Shown one piece after another: positions 13,864 to 26,721 of a stretch of 64,000 bases of DNA. The DNA is taken from the NCBI RefSeq assembly GCF_044704955.1, contig NW_027254382.1, positions 62,001 to 126,000 of the forward strand, in the 5' to 3' direction. The first letter of the stretch is position 1. Each line of letters begins with the position of its first letter. This DNA is from Pristiophorus japonicus (lineage: Eukaryota). A program made the translations under genes and the position numbers. The notes beneath the pieces were generated by a model. That model was not told the origin of the DNA and searched no databases. It saw only the letters and a list, made by a program, of their open reading frames with translations.

Positions 13864-14821
13864 TCGGTGAAGATGTATGTGGCGCAAACACCCGGTGTCT
13901 CCAGTCCGTCCAAGTCGGGCAGCGATTGGCAAGAAAACCGGTAAAATCCCGGTAAAGAAAATGCGGCACCAGTTGCCGGGTGACAGCGGGCCTACAGAAT
14001 TGGAAGACTGGTGGGAAACGATTGCCGGCGAGGATCGGAGGACTGGCAGTAATCGGCGGGTCGCGAGGACCCAGGAAAGAGTCAGCACGGACAACCAGTG
14101 AGGTCGGGACCCAGGAACGGTTTGGAACGGGTCAGCAGCAAGGACAGAATCCAGGGAAGGTAGAACACAGACCAGCAGCAGGATCCGGAGTCCAAATGCT
14201 GCAGCGAGGTCGGGAAGCCAAGGCCAGCAGTAAGCTCGGGACCCAGGGAAGGTACAGCATGGACCCGCAGCAGGGCCGGGAGGCAGAGCGCAGCAGCGAG
14301 GTCGGTAAACCAAGGCCGGCAGTAAGCTCGGGACCCAGGGAAGGTACAGCACGAACCAACAGTGAGGTGGGAGGCTGAGACCCACAGCGAGGTCAGGACA
14401 CGAGGAATTACAGAGCAGCACAGAACAACAGGGTGGTCGGGATCCAAGGAAGGTACAGCACGGTCCAACAAGGAGGTCAGGACGCAAGGAAGATACAGAA
14501 AATGCCAGCAGGGAGTTTGGCACAGGAGGCTAGCAGCATGGCCCGGATCCGAGGCCAGTACCGAGGTCGAAACACGAGGCCAGAATAAACGTGGTCACTA
14601 GAAAACAACCAACGACAAAAGTGTGTGCGGTTGGAGAGAGAATAGGAAAGCGCAGGAGAGCCGCATGCTGGTGCTGGTGCGGGGCTGGCGCGGGGGGTGG
14701 GGGAAGCACACTGTTAATATTCTATGCACAATTCTGCAAACCGCTCCAAGATTAAGGTGCTCACCTACACTATGATCTCTGAAAACATTTTAGTGAGGAC
14801 CTGAGGGAGCAGGTCAGTAGG
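13864..14821. repeat. Unclassified GC-rich module with internal subrepeats, copy 1
   Basis: Subrepeats gggacccagggaaggtacagca and cagcgaggtcgggaagccaaggcc; collinear with 21455-22330. Confidence 0.85.
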
Positions 14822-15799
14822 AACATAGAAACATAGAAAATAGGTGCAGGAATAGGCCATTCGGCCCTTCGAGCATGCACCACCATTCAATAAGATCATG
14901 CCTGATCATTCACCTCAGTACCCCTTTCCTGCCTTCTCTCCATACCCCTTGATCCCTTTAGTCGTAAGGTCCATAATCAACTCCCGCTTGAATATATCTA
15001 ACGAACTGGCCTCAACAACTCTCTGCAGAAAAGAATTCCACAGGTTAACAACTCTCTGAGTGAAGAAGTTCCTCCTCATCTTGGTCCTAAATGGCTTACA
15101 CTTTATCATTAGACTGTGACCCCTGGTTCTGGACTCCCCCAACATCGTGAACATTCTGCTTGCATCTAACCTGTCCAGTCCTGTCAGAATTTTATATGTT
15201 TCTATGAGATCCCCTATCATTCTTCTAGACTCCAGCGAATAGACGCCCATTCGATCCAGTCTCTCCTCATATGTCAGTCCTGCGTTCCGGGGCATCAGTC
15301 TGGTGAACCTTCGCTGCACTCCCTCAATAGCAAGAACGTCCTTCCTCAGATTAGGAGACCAAAAGTGAACACAATATTCCAGGTGAGGCCTCACCAAGGC
15401 CCTGTCGAGCTGCCGCAAGACCTCCCTGCTCCCATACTCAAATCCCCTAGCCAGGAACGCCAACATGCCATTTGCCTTCTTCACCGCTTGCTGCACCTGC
15501 ATTTCAACCTTCAATGACTGATGTACCATGACACCCAGGTCTCGTTGCACATCCCCTTTAACTAATCTGCCAACATTCAGATAATAATCTGCCTTCATGT
15601 TTTTGCCACCAAATTGGATAACCGCACATTTATCCACATTATACTGCATCTTTAATGCAGTTGCCCACTCAACTAACCTGTCTAATTAACCCTGCAGCCT
15701 CTTAGCATCCTCCTCACAGCTCAAACTGCCACCCAGCTTAGTGTCATCTGCAAACTTGGAGATATTACTCTCAATTCCTGTATCTATATCATTGATGAA
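14822..15799 (-). mobile_element. 5'-truncated CR1 LINE
   Basis: ORF 14915-15649 (RT C-terminus, PHLEYCVHFWSP) plus hairpin and tail. Confidence 0.96.
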
Positions 15800-16042
15800 T
15801 TATTTCTGCATATCTCTGATCTTAATTCTCCCTCAGCTTTCCAACTCCATTTAAACTGATAACTACACTTGTTTCTTGGTCACTATATAAAATGCTAGGT
15901 GATTTCGACTAGTAATCATCGAAAGCAAAATAATATAGCCTAATTTACAATTCTGGTGTATTGATGTCCCACAAATCCAGAGTCCAATTAAAAGGACTTC
16001 AAAAACCCAATTTCCGGTATTATACGGCAGACGCACTGGCAG
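15800..16042 (+). repeat. Direct repeat, copy 2
   Basis: See 13597-13863. Confidence 0.9.
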
Positions 16043-17744
16043 CATGCTTCAAGAGTGAAAAACAATCTCTGGATCCTGGTTGATAGTGGCTTCTGATTTT
16101 TGTTTTACATCATTCCAATTGCTCCACCTCATCCTACCTCACAGTACTCCTCAGTTGTTGATGTGGAAAGAAACTACCCTTTGTCGTGGGCAGGCTATGA
16201 TGTGAGAAACGTTATTACAAGCATGCAGGGGAGAGAATATTAGCAAAGGCTCTCTCCGATAAACAATTGCATCAGGTTTTATAAATGATTGTGCGGAAGC
16301 GTAAGCTTGACAATTTACAATGATAAAAAACATCCATATATGTCTGTGACTAGCAGCTGTTCAACCGTTGGCTCTGCCCATCTGACTGGTTAATGTATAC
16401 ACCCATGTCTCTTCCAAAGCGATCAGAGTCTCGCACGTAGGCTTTGGAAGATGCTTTCCGTTATCTCAAATGTTTCGGTATCAAGACATTTACATCTCAC
16501 GTTCGGTGGTTCTAAACCACCATATCTGAAATCTCAAGTTGAAATTTCTGTCCTTTGTTCTAAACTGCTAAGCCTGCAGTTTTAACATGTTCAGCTTACA
16601 AATGGCCAAACGAAACGTCATGCCTTACGATGACAATAGCTTGTTACTAACATAGCTACAGCATCCATTGAAATGTCATTCTGACTTGCACGTGATGGAA
16701 TAATCACAGGTTCTCAACATATCAGCACATTAAGAAATGCTACTTATTCCTATTAGCGCCTTAAGGCAGCTCCAGACCCTCCAGGTCGCCACATCAGCTT
16801 TTTCTCAACATGTATATAATACATTACAATCAACGTAAGTTACATTTATTCTGAAACACCACCATTTATTTTGAATTTGCATCAATTATCATACTGATCA
16901 AAAAAATTAACATTGAATTTGTAAAATTTACGCCACAATTTAAGCAAGTGGTACATTGTATAGTCAGCAAACTCTACAACGTTGGACAGCTGCTGTGAAG
17001 CTGATGGACTGATGGTCGTTGCAGGTTCTTTCAAGTCCTCCATTTCAGATCTTGCATTTTGCCCATATCCTACAGTGTACTGCCCTGCTTTGGTTTCAAA
17101 GGGACAAGAGAATATTCCAGAACAAGTCCCATTTGTGAATCCCTCTCCATTCCCCTGCCCAGTATCCAGTACGGCAAGTTGGTGATTGGTTCGCAGAAAT
17201 AATGAGTATTATAACAGTGGGAATATCTCCAACACGGTTTAGACATATATAGAGTTACATAAATATAATGGCCAGGAATATCCGTGGCATTTAATGCATA
17301 CATGGTGCCAATGGGGCCATAAGTGCCACGCAAGTTCCAGCTTTCTGGAAGTGATGTGCATGCATGAAAACACAGAAATTGCAATCTGTCAAGATTTTGC
17401 TTGACAGATCGGCCGCATCCCTGGGAAATGGACATTTGATGGTGGAGATTTTGGCTATTTGCCTAGCGAATGCCCATGAAAATCTTGCACCTGTTAAAAG
17501 GAGGCAGAGTGTTTTATTTTACCAGTGTAAGATTGCAGTTATTATTAAAATATATTTTAATCATTTAAACATAATAAAACCTTTAAAAGTTATTATGTTA
17601 ACTTAACTTCTTGAAAACGTTTACATTTATTTTTCAAAAAGTTTAATATTTGTTTAAAATGTTTACTTTAATTGTATTTTAATTCATTTTGATGTATTGC
17701 TTGATTTATAATTAACAGGTGTGTAGTTCTGTTATTAGGGGCTT

Positions 17745-20700
17745 CCTATTATCTTCTCTTAGGCAGACCCCCGAGTTGAGGATGACTTGCTTCCAAACTA
17801 AAATGGGTTCTAAGGTGACTGCTGAGAACAATGCTGGATTTAGAGTCTCTCTCACAGGTGGGGCAGAGGGTTTTTGGAGGGACTGGTGGGTGGGGTGCTT
17901 GATTTGTGGTTCACTCCTTCCGCTCTTTATACTTGGCTTCTACATGATCACGGCGGAGAAACTTGAAGTCCTTGGTGCCTTGTAGGATTCTTCTGATCCA
18001 CTTGGGCCAGGGATTCCCAAGGGTCAGTGGGGATGCTAATTTTTATCAAGGAGGCTTCGATGGTGTCGTTGAAGCGTTTTCTCTGCCCTCCTCGACCTCG
18101 CCTGCTGTGACATAGCTCAGAGAAGAATGCTTGTTTCGGAACTCTAGTATCGGACATGTGGACCATGTGGCCCGTCTATCGGAACTGATCGAGCATATTA
18201 AATGCCATGATACAAGAGAATTTGGCCTGAGAGAGACCCCTGATGTTGGTGCGCTTATCCTGCCAATAAGTTCGCATGATCTCGCGGAGGAAGCATTGGT
18301 GCTACTTCTCCAGTGCTTTGAGGTGCCTACTGTACATAGTTCATGTCTCTGAAGCATAGAAGAGGGCGGATACCACGACTGCACTTTACTCCATTTGCTT
18401 GTTGCTGGGATTGAGATCTTGGTGTTTGCACACTCTTTTCCTCAGACGACCAAAGGCTCCACTGGCACATTGAATAATGTGATGGACTTAGTCATCGATG
18501 TCTGTCCTTGCTGAAAGTAGGCTTCCAAGTTATGGGAGGTGGTCCCGATTGTCAAAGATCCCGACATGGATCTTGATAATCGAGAAGTAGTACTGTGCAG
18601 CGGGGTCGGGTTGCTGGAGAACGTTTGTCGTACTGATGCTTAATGAAAGGCCCACACTCTCGTATGCTCCAGTGAAAGTGTCAATGAAGATTTGGTGTAT
18701 GGGCTCCGAATGTGCACAAATGCAAGCAACGTCTGAATACTGTAATTCAATGAAAGAGGCTGGACCTACCTTGGATCTGTACTGGAGGCGTCACAGGTTG
18801 AACAATTTCCTGCTTGTCCATTAGATTAACTACACACCAGTGGGGAGATTTTTAAAGATGATGTGAAGCATTGCAGCGAGGAAGATTGAGAAGAGCGTCC
18901 TTGTGATGACACAGCCTTGCTTAACCTCCTTCTGCACTTATATTGTGTTTGTAGTAGATCCGTTGGTGACAAATTTCAGAGGAGATCCAATTTTGAGAAT
19001 GACTGATATGGAGTATTAAAAAAGATACTCGACACAAGTTTGTCTATGAATACATACAAAATCATAAAGTTCCATGTAGAGGCTTTCCATTTGTTGTTTT
19101 CCTGCTGCATCACAAAATTTTCGCCTACCTACTACGATTACAAATATTAATTGGTTAATGCAATTGCTTTGAAAGCAAGCTTCGTTACGTCCTTGTGCAC
19201 TTTTTATCTGATAAGTTAAGTGTCACATCAATCTTTGCTCTTCTCCTCTTTGCCTAACTGCTTTGAATCAGGTGAGATATTCTTCAATCATCTTTTGTTT
19301 CCCGTAATCTCTTACTACCCCATGTAACCTAGCCTTGGAATGTATTTTTCCAAACTGTCTGGTTTATACTGTGATAAGTTGATCTATCTTCCTGAGCGTT
19401 CTAGTTCTATTATTTTCCCTATGTTCGTAGCACGTATTTTTTTCTCTTACAAACTTGCTTTTAATTTTTAGCTTTATTTAATTAGGTCCCCTTATTAACC
19501 AATTAGGTTCCCACTACATATTTTTTTTCAACAATGACACTCCATAATCCCTCATGGTTGACGGATTCGGAGACCTTTGTGAGAGCAAAGTAAGCGATGT
19601 ACAGAGATTGAAGTAGCTCTATCCATTTTTCGTGGAATTGTCACACGGTGAATATCATGCCCATTGTGCCCCTTAGTTTGTGGAATCCGCATTTCGACTG
19701 TGGGAGGAGCTCTTCAGTCATTGGGAGGAGATAATTGAGGATGACTTGTGCGATAATATTCCCTGCGGATTTCTGTAATTACTGCAATCGGACTTGTCAC
19801 CTTTCTTGAAGATGGGCACGATTACGGCATCTTTGAGAGGCCCTGGTATGCTCTCCTCCTTCCAGTTAAGGGATATGAGGACATGAATTCGCGCCAAGTG
19901 TATTACTCCACCATATGTTAGTGCTTCGGCGGGGATTCCTGAGGCCTTGCTGTTCTTTAGTTGTCAGATAGCCTTTTCACTCTCGTGCTGGGTCAGGATT
20001 TTACCGATGTGGTGACGGGTTATATGTTGTGGGATGGGTTCAAGGACACTCACATCAAAGACAGAGGCTTGGTTGAGGAGATCCAGAAAGTGCTCCTTCA
20101 TGTGGCTAATGACTGCCTCTCTGTCCATGAAGAGCACTCCTCCATTCTCGGTTCTCTGCAGAATCGGACAGTGTGCTTGGCCCGTAGGTGATCTTGATTG
20201 TGCTAAAAGAAAATCCACGCACGTCATGATTGTCAGCTAATTGCTGGATCTCCTGCGCGTTTTCCACCCACCATCTGTTCTTATGTCACGAGTTTTTTGT
20301 TGTACATCAGCCTTTAGTTGTCTCTAGAACTGCTTGCTTTCACTCGAGTTGTGGTGTTGTTTCCAATTCAGAAATGATTTGCGTTTGCGGTTTATTAGCT
20401 CCTGGATCTCTTGGTCATTCGCATCGAACCAGTTTTGATATTTTCTGGTATTGTAGCCAAGTGTTTATTCGCAGATGCTAATTTTAGTGGATTTAGGGCA
20501 GAACAGGCACTATGGACACTCTGCGGCTTTGGTTGATTGGAAGTCGTTCGGTAGGCTGTGAGCAGTTGGCTGATTAGGACTTTCTTTGCAGGGTCTTTGA
20601 GACCTTCAATGTTGATTTTTTACGGCAGGATTTATGTTGCCCCTGCTGTTTTGAGGCTATATTGATGGAGATAATAGAACGGATTAGGCGGTGGGCAATG

Positions 20701-21450
20701 CAGCAGTCAGCAGCTCCTGTCATGTCATGAGTGATGCGGACATCCTTGTGGTCCCTCAATCGGATGCCAGTGCCTGGAACGAGGGTGTTGCGATGTGGCC
20801 TTGTAGTAGTCATTCTGACGAATCAAGGTGTTGGATATGACAAGACCATGTTATAAGAAATTCCTCAGGAGGAGGATCCCATTGGAGTTAGTTTTCCCTA
20901 CTCCTTCCCTGGCAATCACCCCTCTCATGAGGTCTGTGTCCTTTGCAACTCTGCCGTTAAAGTCATCAAGAATAATCAGCGTGTTGCCTATTGGGAGTCG
21001 GGACAGGGATTGTTCCAGGCTGGAGTAGAATTCCTCTTTGTCCGTGTCCGTAGTTTCCAGGGTTGGTGCGTATGCCCCATTGAGACTGTGTTATTCTTCT
21101 GGTGTGCCGTTTGAGAATGTGTATCAACCACCTAGTCCCTTGAGCTGACCTTGTCCTGCCCACTTTGTATCACTCAGGGCATTGTTGTCGATGTCGAAGC
21201 ATCTCAGTTCCCGGACAATGGCAGCAGTATGACGTTCTGGTCTGTTAATGTTGGGATTGTCCATGAGGGTCCTAAAGTTTTCAGGTCCTGAACTTCATTT
21301 TAAAGGTTAGAAGATACCCCTGCATGAATTATATTACTGAGGTGTGTCCCTTGCACACGAGCTACCACCGAACCTGACAGACTAAGTCTTGGTCCAATGG
21401 CAAGGGGATGCAAGATGATTGGAGACGAGGCTCTGCTGCATGGGTGTCAA
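17745..21450 (-). mobile_element. Degenerate, near full-length RTE-clade LINE with an unrelated ~0.5-kb insert (~19010-19535)
   Basis: C-terminus MSDTRVPKQAFFSEL..GGQRKRFNDTIEASL; RT motifs VKQGCVI (~18905-18925) and IELQYSDVACICAHS (degenerate YADD, ~18710-18750); endonuclease remnants ~20800-21290. Confidence 0.88.
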
Positions 21451-21454
21451 GGTG

Positions 21455-22330
21455 TGTGTGGCGCAAACACCGGGTGTCTCCAATCCATCCAAGTCGGGCA
21501 GCGATTGGCAAGAAAACGGGTAAAACCCCGGTAAAAATACGTGGCACCAGTTGCTGGGTGACGGCGGGAATGGAGAATCGGAGGACCGGTGGGAATCGAT
21601 GGCCGGCGAGGATCGGAGGACCCATGAACGGTTTAGCAGGGGTCAGCAGCGAGTACGGAACCCAGGGAAGGTACAGCACAGACCTGCAGCTAGGTCCGGA
21701 GACCGAGTGCAGGAGCGAGGTTGGGAAGCCAAGGCCAGCAGTAAGGTCGGGACCCTGGGAAGAAACAGCACGGACCAGCTGCAGGGTCGTGAGGCACAGC
21801 GCAGAAGCGAGGTCGGGAAGCCAAGACAGGCAATAAAGTTGGCATCCAGGGAAGGTTCATCACAAATCAGCAGTGAAGTCGGAGGCTGAGGCCAACAGCA
21901 ATATCGGTACTCGAGGAAAGTAAGGTACGGAACAACAGGGTGATCGGGACCCAGGGAAGGTACAGCACGGTCCAACAGGTAGGTTGTGACCAGCAAAGGT
22001 ACAGCACGGACCAACAAGGAGATCGGGACCCAGGGAAGATGCAGAAAATACCGTCACAGGTGGCTAGCAGCGAAGTCGAGACACGACGCCAGAATATACG
22101 TGGTCAGTAGAAAATAACCAACGACAAAAGTGTGAGCTGTTGGAGAGAGAATCGGAAAGCGCAGGAGAGTCACGTGCTGGAACTGGTGCAGGGGTGGGGG
22201 GCGGGGGGCGGGGCACTGTGTCAGTATACTATGCAGAAGTCCGCAAACTGCTCCACGATTAAGGTGCTCACCTACAATGTGATCTCTGAAAACCAGGTAG
22301 AGAGGAACTGATAGAGCAGGTCAGTAGGAA
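21455..22330. repeat. Unclassified GC-rich module, copy 2
   Basis: Starts gtggcgcaaacacc.ggtgtctcca and ends gagcaggtcagtaggaacat, as in copy 1. Confidence 0.85.
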
Positions 22331-25306
22331 CATCGAAGCATAGAAACATAGAAAATAGCTGCAGGAGTAGGCCATTCGGAGCTTCGAGCCTGCACCACCA
22401 TTCAATAAGATCATGGCTGAACATTAATGATTTAGACGAGGGGATTAAATGCAGTATCTCCCAATTTGCGGATGACACAAAGTTGGGTGGCAGTGTGAGC
22501 TGCGAGGAGGATGCTATGAGGCTGCAGATTGACTTGGATAGGTTAGGTGAGTGGGCAAATGCATGGCAGATGAAGTATAATGTGGATAAATGTGAGGTTA
22601 TCCACTTTGGTGGTAAAAACAAAGAGACAGACTATTATCTGAATGGTGACAGATTAGGAAAATGGAAGGTGCAACGAGACCTGGGTGTCATGGTACATCA
22701 GTCATTGAAGGTTAACATGCAGGTACAGCAGGCGGTTAAGAAAGCAAATGGCATGCTGGCCTTCATAGCGAGGGGATTTGAATACAGGGGCAGGGAGGTG
22801 TTGCTACAGTTGTACAGGGCCTCGGTGAGGCCGCACCTGGAGTATTGTGTACAGTTTTGGTCTCCTAACTTGAGGAAGGACATTCGTGCTATTGAGGGAG
22901 TGCAGCGAAGATTCACCAGACTGATTCCCGGGATGGCGGGACTGACCTATCAAGAAAGACTGGATCAACTGGGCTTGTATTCACTGGAGTTCAAAAGAAT
23001 GAGAGTGGACCTCATAGAAACGTTTAAAATTCTGACGGGTTTATACAGGTTAGATGCAGGAAGAATGTTCCCAATGTTGGGGAAGTCCAGAACCAGGGGT
23101 CACAGTCTGAGTATAAGGGGTAAGCCATTTAGGACCGAGATGAGGAGAAACTTCTTCACCCAGAGAGTGGTGAACCTGTGGAATTCTCTACCACAGAAAA
23201 TAGTTGAGGCCAATTCACTAAATATATTCAAAAGGGAATTAAATGAAGTCCTTACTACTCGGAGGATCAAGGGTTATGGCGAGAAAGCAGGAAGGGGGTA
23301 CTGAAGTTTCATGTTCAGCCATGAACTCATTGAATGGCGGTGCAGGCTAGAAGGGCTGAATGGCCTGCTCCTGCACCTATTTTCTATGTTTCTATGTTTC
23401 TATGTTCACCTCAATACCCATTTCCTGCCTTCTCTCCATACCCCTTGCTCCCTTTAGCCATAAGGTCCATATTCAACTCCCACCTGAATATATCTAACGA
23501 ACTGGCATCAACAACTCTCTGCGGAAAAGAATTCCACAGGAGAGCAACTCTCTGAATGAAGTAGTTTCTCCTCATCTCGGTCCTAAATGGCTTACCCCTC
23601 AACCTTAGACTCTGACCTCTAGTTCTGAACTCCCCCAACATCGTGCACATTCTTCCGGCATTTAACCTGTCCAGTCCCGTCAGAATTTTCTATGTTTGTA
23701 GGAGATCCCCTCTCATTCTTCTAAACTCCAGCGAATAGACGCCCAGTCGATCCAGTCTCTCCTCAGATGTCAGTCCTGCCATCCCGGGCATCAGTCTGGT
23801 GAACCTGCGCTGCACTCCCTCAATAGCAAGAACTTCCTTCCTCAGATTAGGAGACCAAAATTGAACACAATATTCCAAGAGAGGCCTCACCAAGGCCCTG
23901 TAAAGCTGCAGGAAGACTTCCCTGCTCCTATACTCAAAACCCCTAGCTGTGAACGCCCAAATGCCATTTGCCTTCTTCACCACTTGCTGCACCTGCATTT
24001 CAAGCTTCAATGACTTATGTACCATGACACGCAGGTCTTGTTGCACCTCTCCTTTACATAATCTGCCACCATTCAGATAATATTCTGGCTTCACGTTTTT
24101 GCCACCAAATTGGATAACCACACATTTATCCACATTATACTGCATCTGTGATGCATTTGCTTACTCACCTAACCTGTCCGAGTCATCCTGCAGTCTCTTA
24201 GCATCCTCCTCACAGGTCACACCACTACCCAGCTAAGTGTCATCTGCAAGCTTGGAGATATTACTCTCAATTCCTGCATCTAAATCATTGATGTATATTG
24301 TAAATATCTGGGATCCCAGCACTGACCCCTGTGGCACCCCACTTGTCACTGCCTGCAATTCTGAAAAGGACACGTTTAACCCGACTCTCTGCTTCCTGTC
24401 TGCTAACCATTTCTCTATCCACGTCAATACATTGCCCCCAATACCATGTGCTTTACTTTGCACACCAATCTCTTGTGTGGTACCTTGTCAGAAGCCTTTT
24501 GAATGTCCAAATACATCACATCCACTGGTTCTCCCTTGTCCACTCCACTAGTTGCGTCCTCAAAAAAATTGTAAAAGATTCTTCAAGCATGATTTCCCTT
24601 TCCTAAATGCATGCAGACTTGGAGCGCTCCTTTCACTGATTTCCAAATGCCGCTAATTCATCTTTAACAATTGATTCCAACATTTCCCCCAGTACTTATG
24701 TCAGGCTAATTGGTCTATAATTTCCCCTTTTCTCTCTCCCTCCTTTTTTAAACAGTGGTGTTACATTAACTACCCTCCAGTCCATAGGAACTAATCCAGA
24801 GTCGATAGACTGTTGGAAAATTATCATCGACGCAGCCATTATTTCTAGGGTCACTTCTGTAAGTACTCGTGGGATGCAGACTATCAGGCCCTGGGAATTT
24901 ATCGGCCTTCAATCCCGTCAATTTCCCTTACATAATTTCCTGTCCAATAAGAATTTCCTTCAGTTCCTCCTTCTCGATAGACCATCGAGAAGGAGGAACT
25001 AGTATTTCTGAAACGTTATTTGTGTCTTCCTCAGTGAAGACAGAACAAAAGTATTTGTTCAATTTGTCTGCCATTTCTTTGTTTCCCATTATAAATTCAC
25101 TTGATTCTGATTGAAAGAGGCCTACGTTTGTCTTCACTAATCTTTTCCTCTTTTCATATCTATAGAAGCTTTTGCAGTCAGTTTTTATGTTCCCAGAAAG
25201 CTTCCTCTCATAATCTATATTCCACGGTCCGAAATTGACCCTTTGTCCTCCTCTGCTGAATTTTAAATTTCTCCCAGTCCTCAGGTTTGCTGCTTTTTCT
25301 GGCCAT
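22331..25306 (-). mobile_element. 5'-truncated CR1 LINE (host), interrupted in its 3' UTR by a younger antisense CR1
   Basis: 3' tail at 22331-22423; the body resumes at 23405 (ttcacctca); RT ORF pieces at 23411-25137. Confidence 0.95.
22424..23404 (+). mobile_element. Young 5'-truncated CR1 nested in an older CR1
   Basis: Open RT C-terminal ORF 22483-23304, nearly identical to 54021-54841; tail TTTCTATG x3. Confidence 0.96.
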
Positions 25307-26161
25307 GTCCAACAGGCACATTCCTATTTATGCTTTTGTTGATTCCAAAAGTTAGTAGAATCTCCATGAACATAACTGGGATTCACCTTTTGTTTGGTCG
25401 GCCTGGCCCAAATGGTCCCAGGGTCACATGCTAAACGCGTGCACCCCTGGGATATGTGGACGTTTATGCATGCGTACCTGTAGAGGCCCAGGAGCACCAG
25501 TGTTCGAACTTCCGTGACCATCAGTTAGGTTCGTATTTTCTTGTCGTTCAGAGGCATTCGACCATGGGAAAGCTCTGACCGCAAATTCAGGCCAATAATA
25601 TTCGATAGAGACAGATCGATAGAAGGAGTGATGGAGACAGATAGATGGAGAGATAAACAGATTTAGATAGCAACATATAAATAAAGTTAGATAGAGAGAT
25701 AGATAGATTATGGAGATACATAAATATGTAGATAATGGTAGAAGGATTCTGTGATAGAGATATTAATCGATGCATCAACAGCAACATACATAGAAAGATG
25801 GAAATTGATGGATGGTTGGATAGATATGCATATGGTTAAACGGTACTTATAGTGATACGCGGTAAGATAAATCAACAGAAAACAAATTTATGAGTACGTA
25901 ACATTGATAGATAAATGTAATCATTCGTTCTTGATGGACACATAAGCTAAGTTTGGAATGATTTCACTTCAGGCAAGTTCAATCTGCTATAATTTGTAGC
26001 CTATTTGCTCAGTCGCAACAACTGGACAAACACTGTTGCTCCTGATGTCCGTGTCTTCAGCACATTCTCTCCGTACTTAATGTGGAAAAGCAGATGGTGA
26101 GTTCTTACACTCTAACTCAGACCCTGCTGATGTGAGCGTGTGGGTTACTGTTTCGAGCATG

Positions 26162-26721
26162 TTACACAGTGCAGCAGCGCGATCGCCATTCAAAGCTCTG
26201 CGACCTGAAAATGTACAGCAAGGGATTGAGGAAGGCAATGAATGAAGGGAGGGTCCAGTTGTAAAATTTACTATTGCCCCTGTAAAAAAACTGGGAATGG
26301 ATTCGCTGGATCTAGCAAATCCTTAATCTCAAAATACAATCAAAATACAGTTCAAGAATGTGATAAGGGTCAAAGCAGAAAAGAAGCACCAAAATTACAC
26401 GAATGTACTTCAGCACTTTCTTCTTCATCAGCTCTATAGATTCCTTCTCAGCTCCCACTTCTATCATTACTTTTGCGTTTAGGGTATAGCAGATCAACAA
26501 CATCAGGATCGGAAATAATTTAATTTAAAAAAATTGCATGAAAATTTGCCACGATAATTGCATATATTTGCATGAAACATTATCTGCTAATTCTCATTAT
26601 GAAAAGGCTATCAGGCTCAGGGCCAACACTGCCACCCAAATTGCATAGACTAGAATGAGGTAGCATCAAGGCCTTCACCAGACATGAGACCTAATGTGGT
26701 GGACAAAAAAATATATTGGTC
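26162..26721 (-). pseudogene. Class A GPCR pseudogene (P2Y/GPR4/FFAR-like delta branch), 3' half: end of TM3 to TM7
   Basis: Manual translation DQYIF[fs]VHHIRSHVW*RP*CYLILVYAIWVAVLALSL...FPILMLLICY...KKKVLKYIRVILVLLFCFDPYHILELYF...IAFLNPLLYIFRSQSF...CCTV*; TM4 Trp, TM6 CFxPYH and TM7 NPxxY are present. Confidence 0.88.

Noticed and set aside
13840-14601. Several overlapping ORFs of 75-227 aa (also 21362-22057)
   Set aside because: GC-rich repeat with few stops; frames are not conserved between the two copies.
16050-17180. Unique-looking sequence that might be a decayed exon
   Set aside because: Minus-strand translations gave no recognisable motif; a BLASTx search would be needed.
26566-26573. 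Octamer ATTTGCAT as an Ig promoter (also ~47902)
   Set aside because: Lies within the GPCR pseudogene or an intron, with no leader or V exon nearby.
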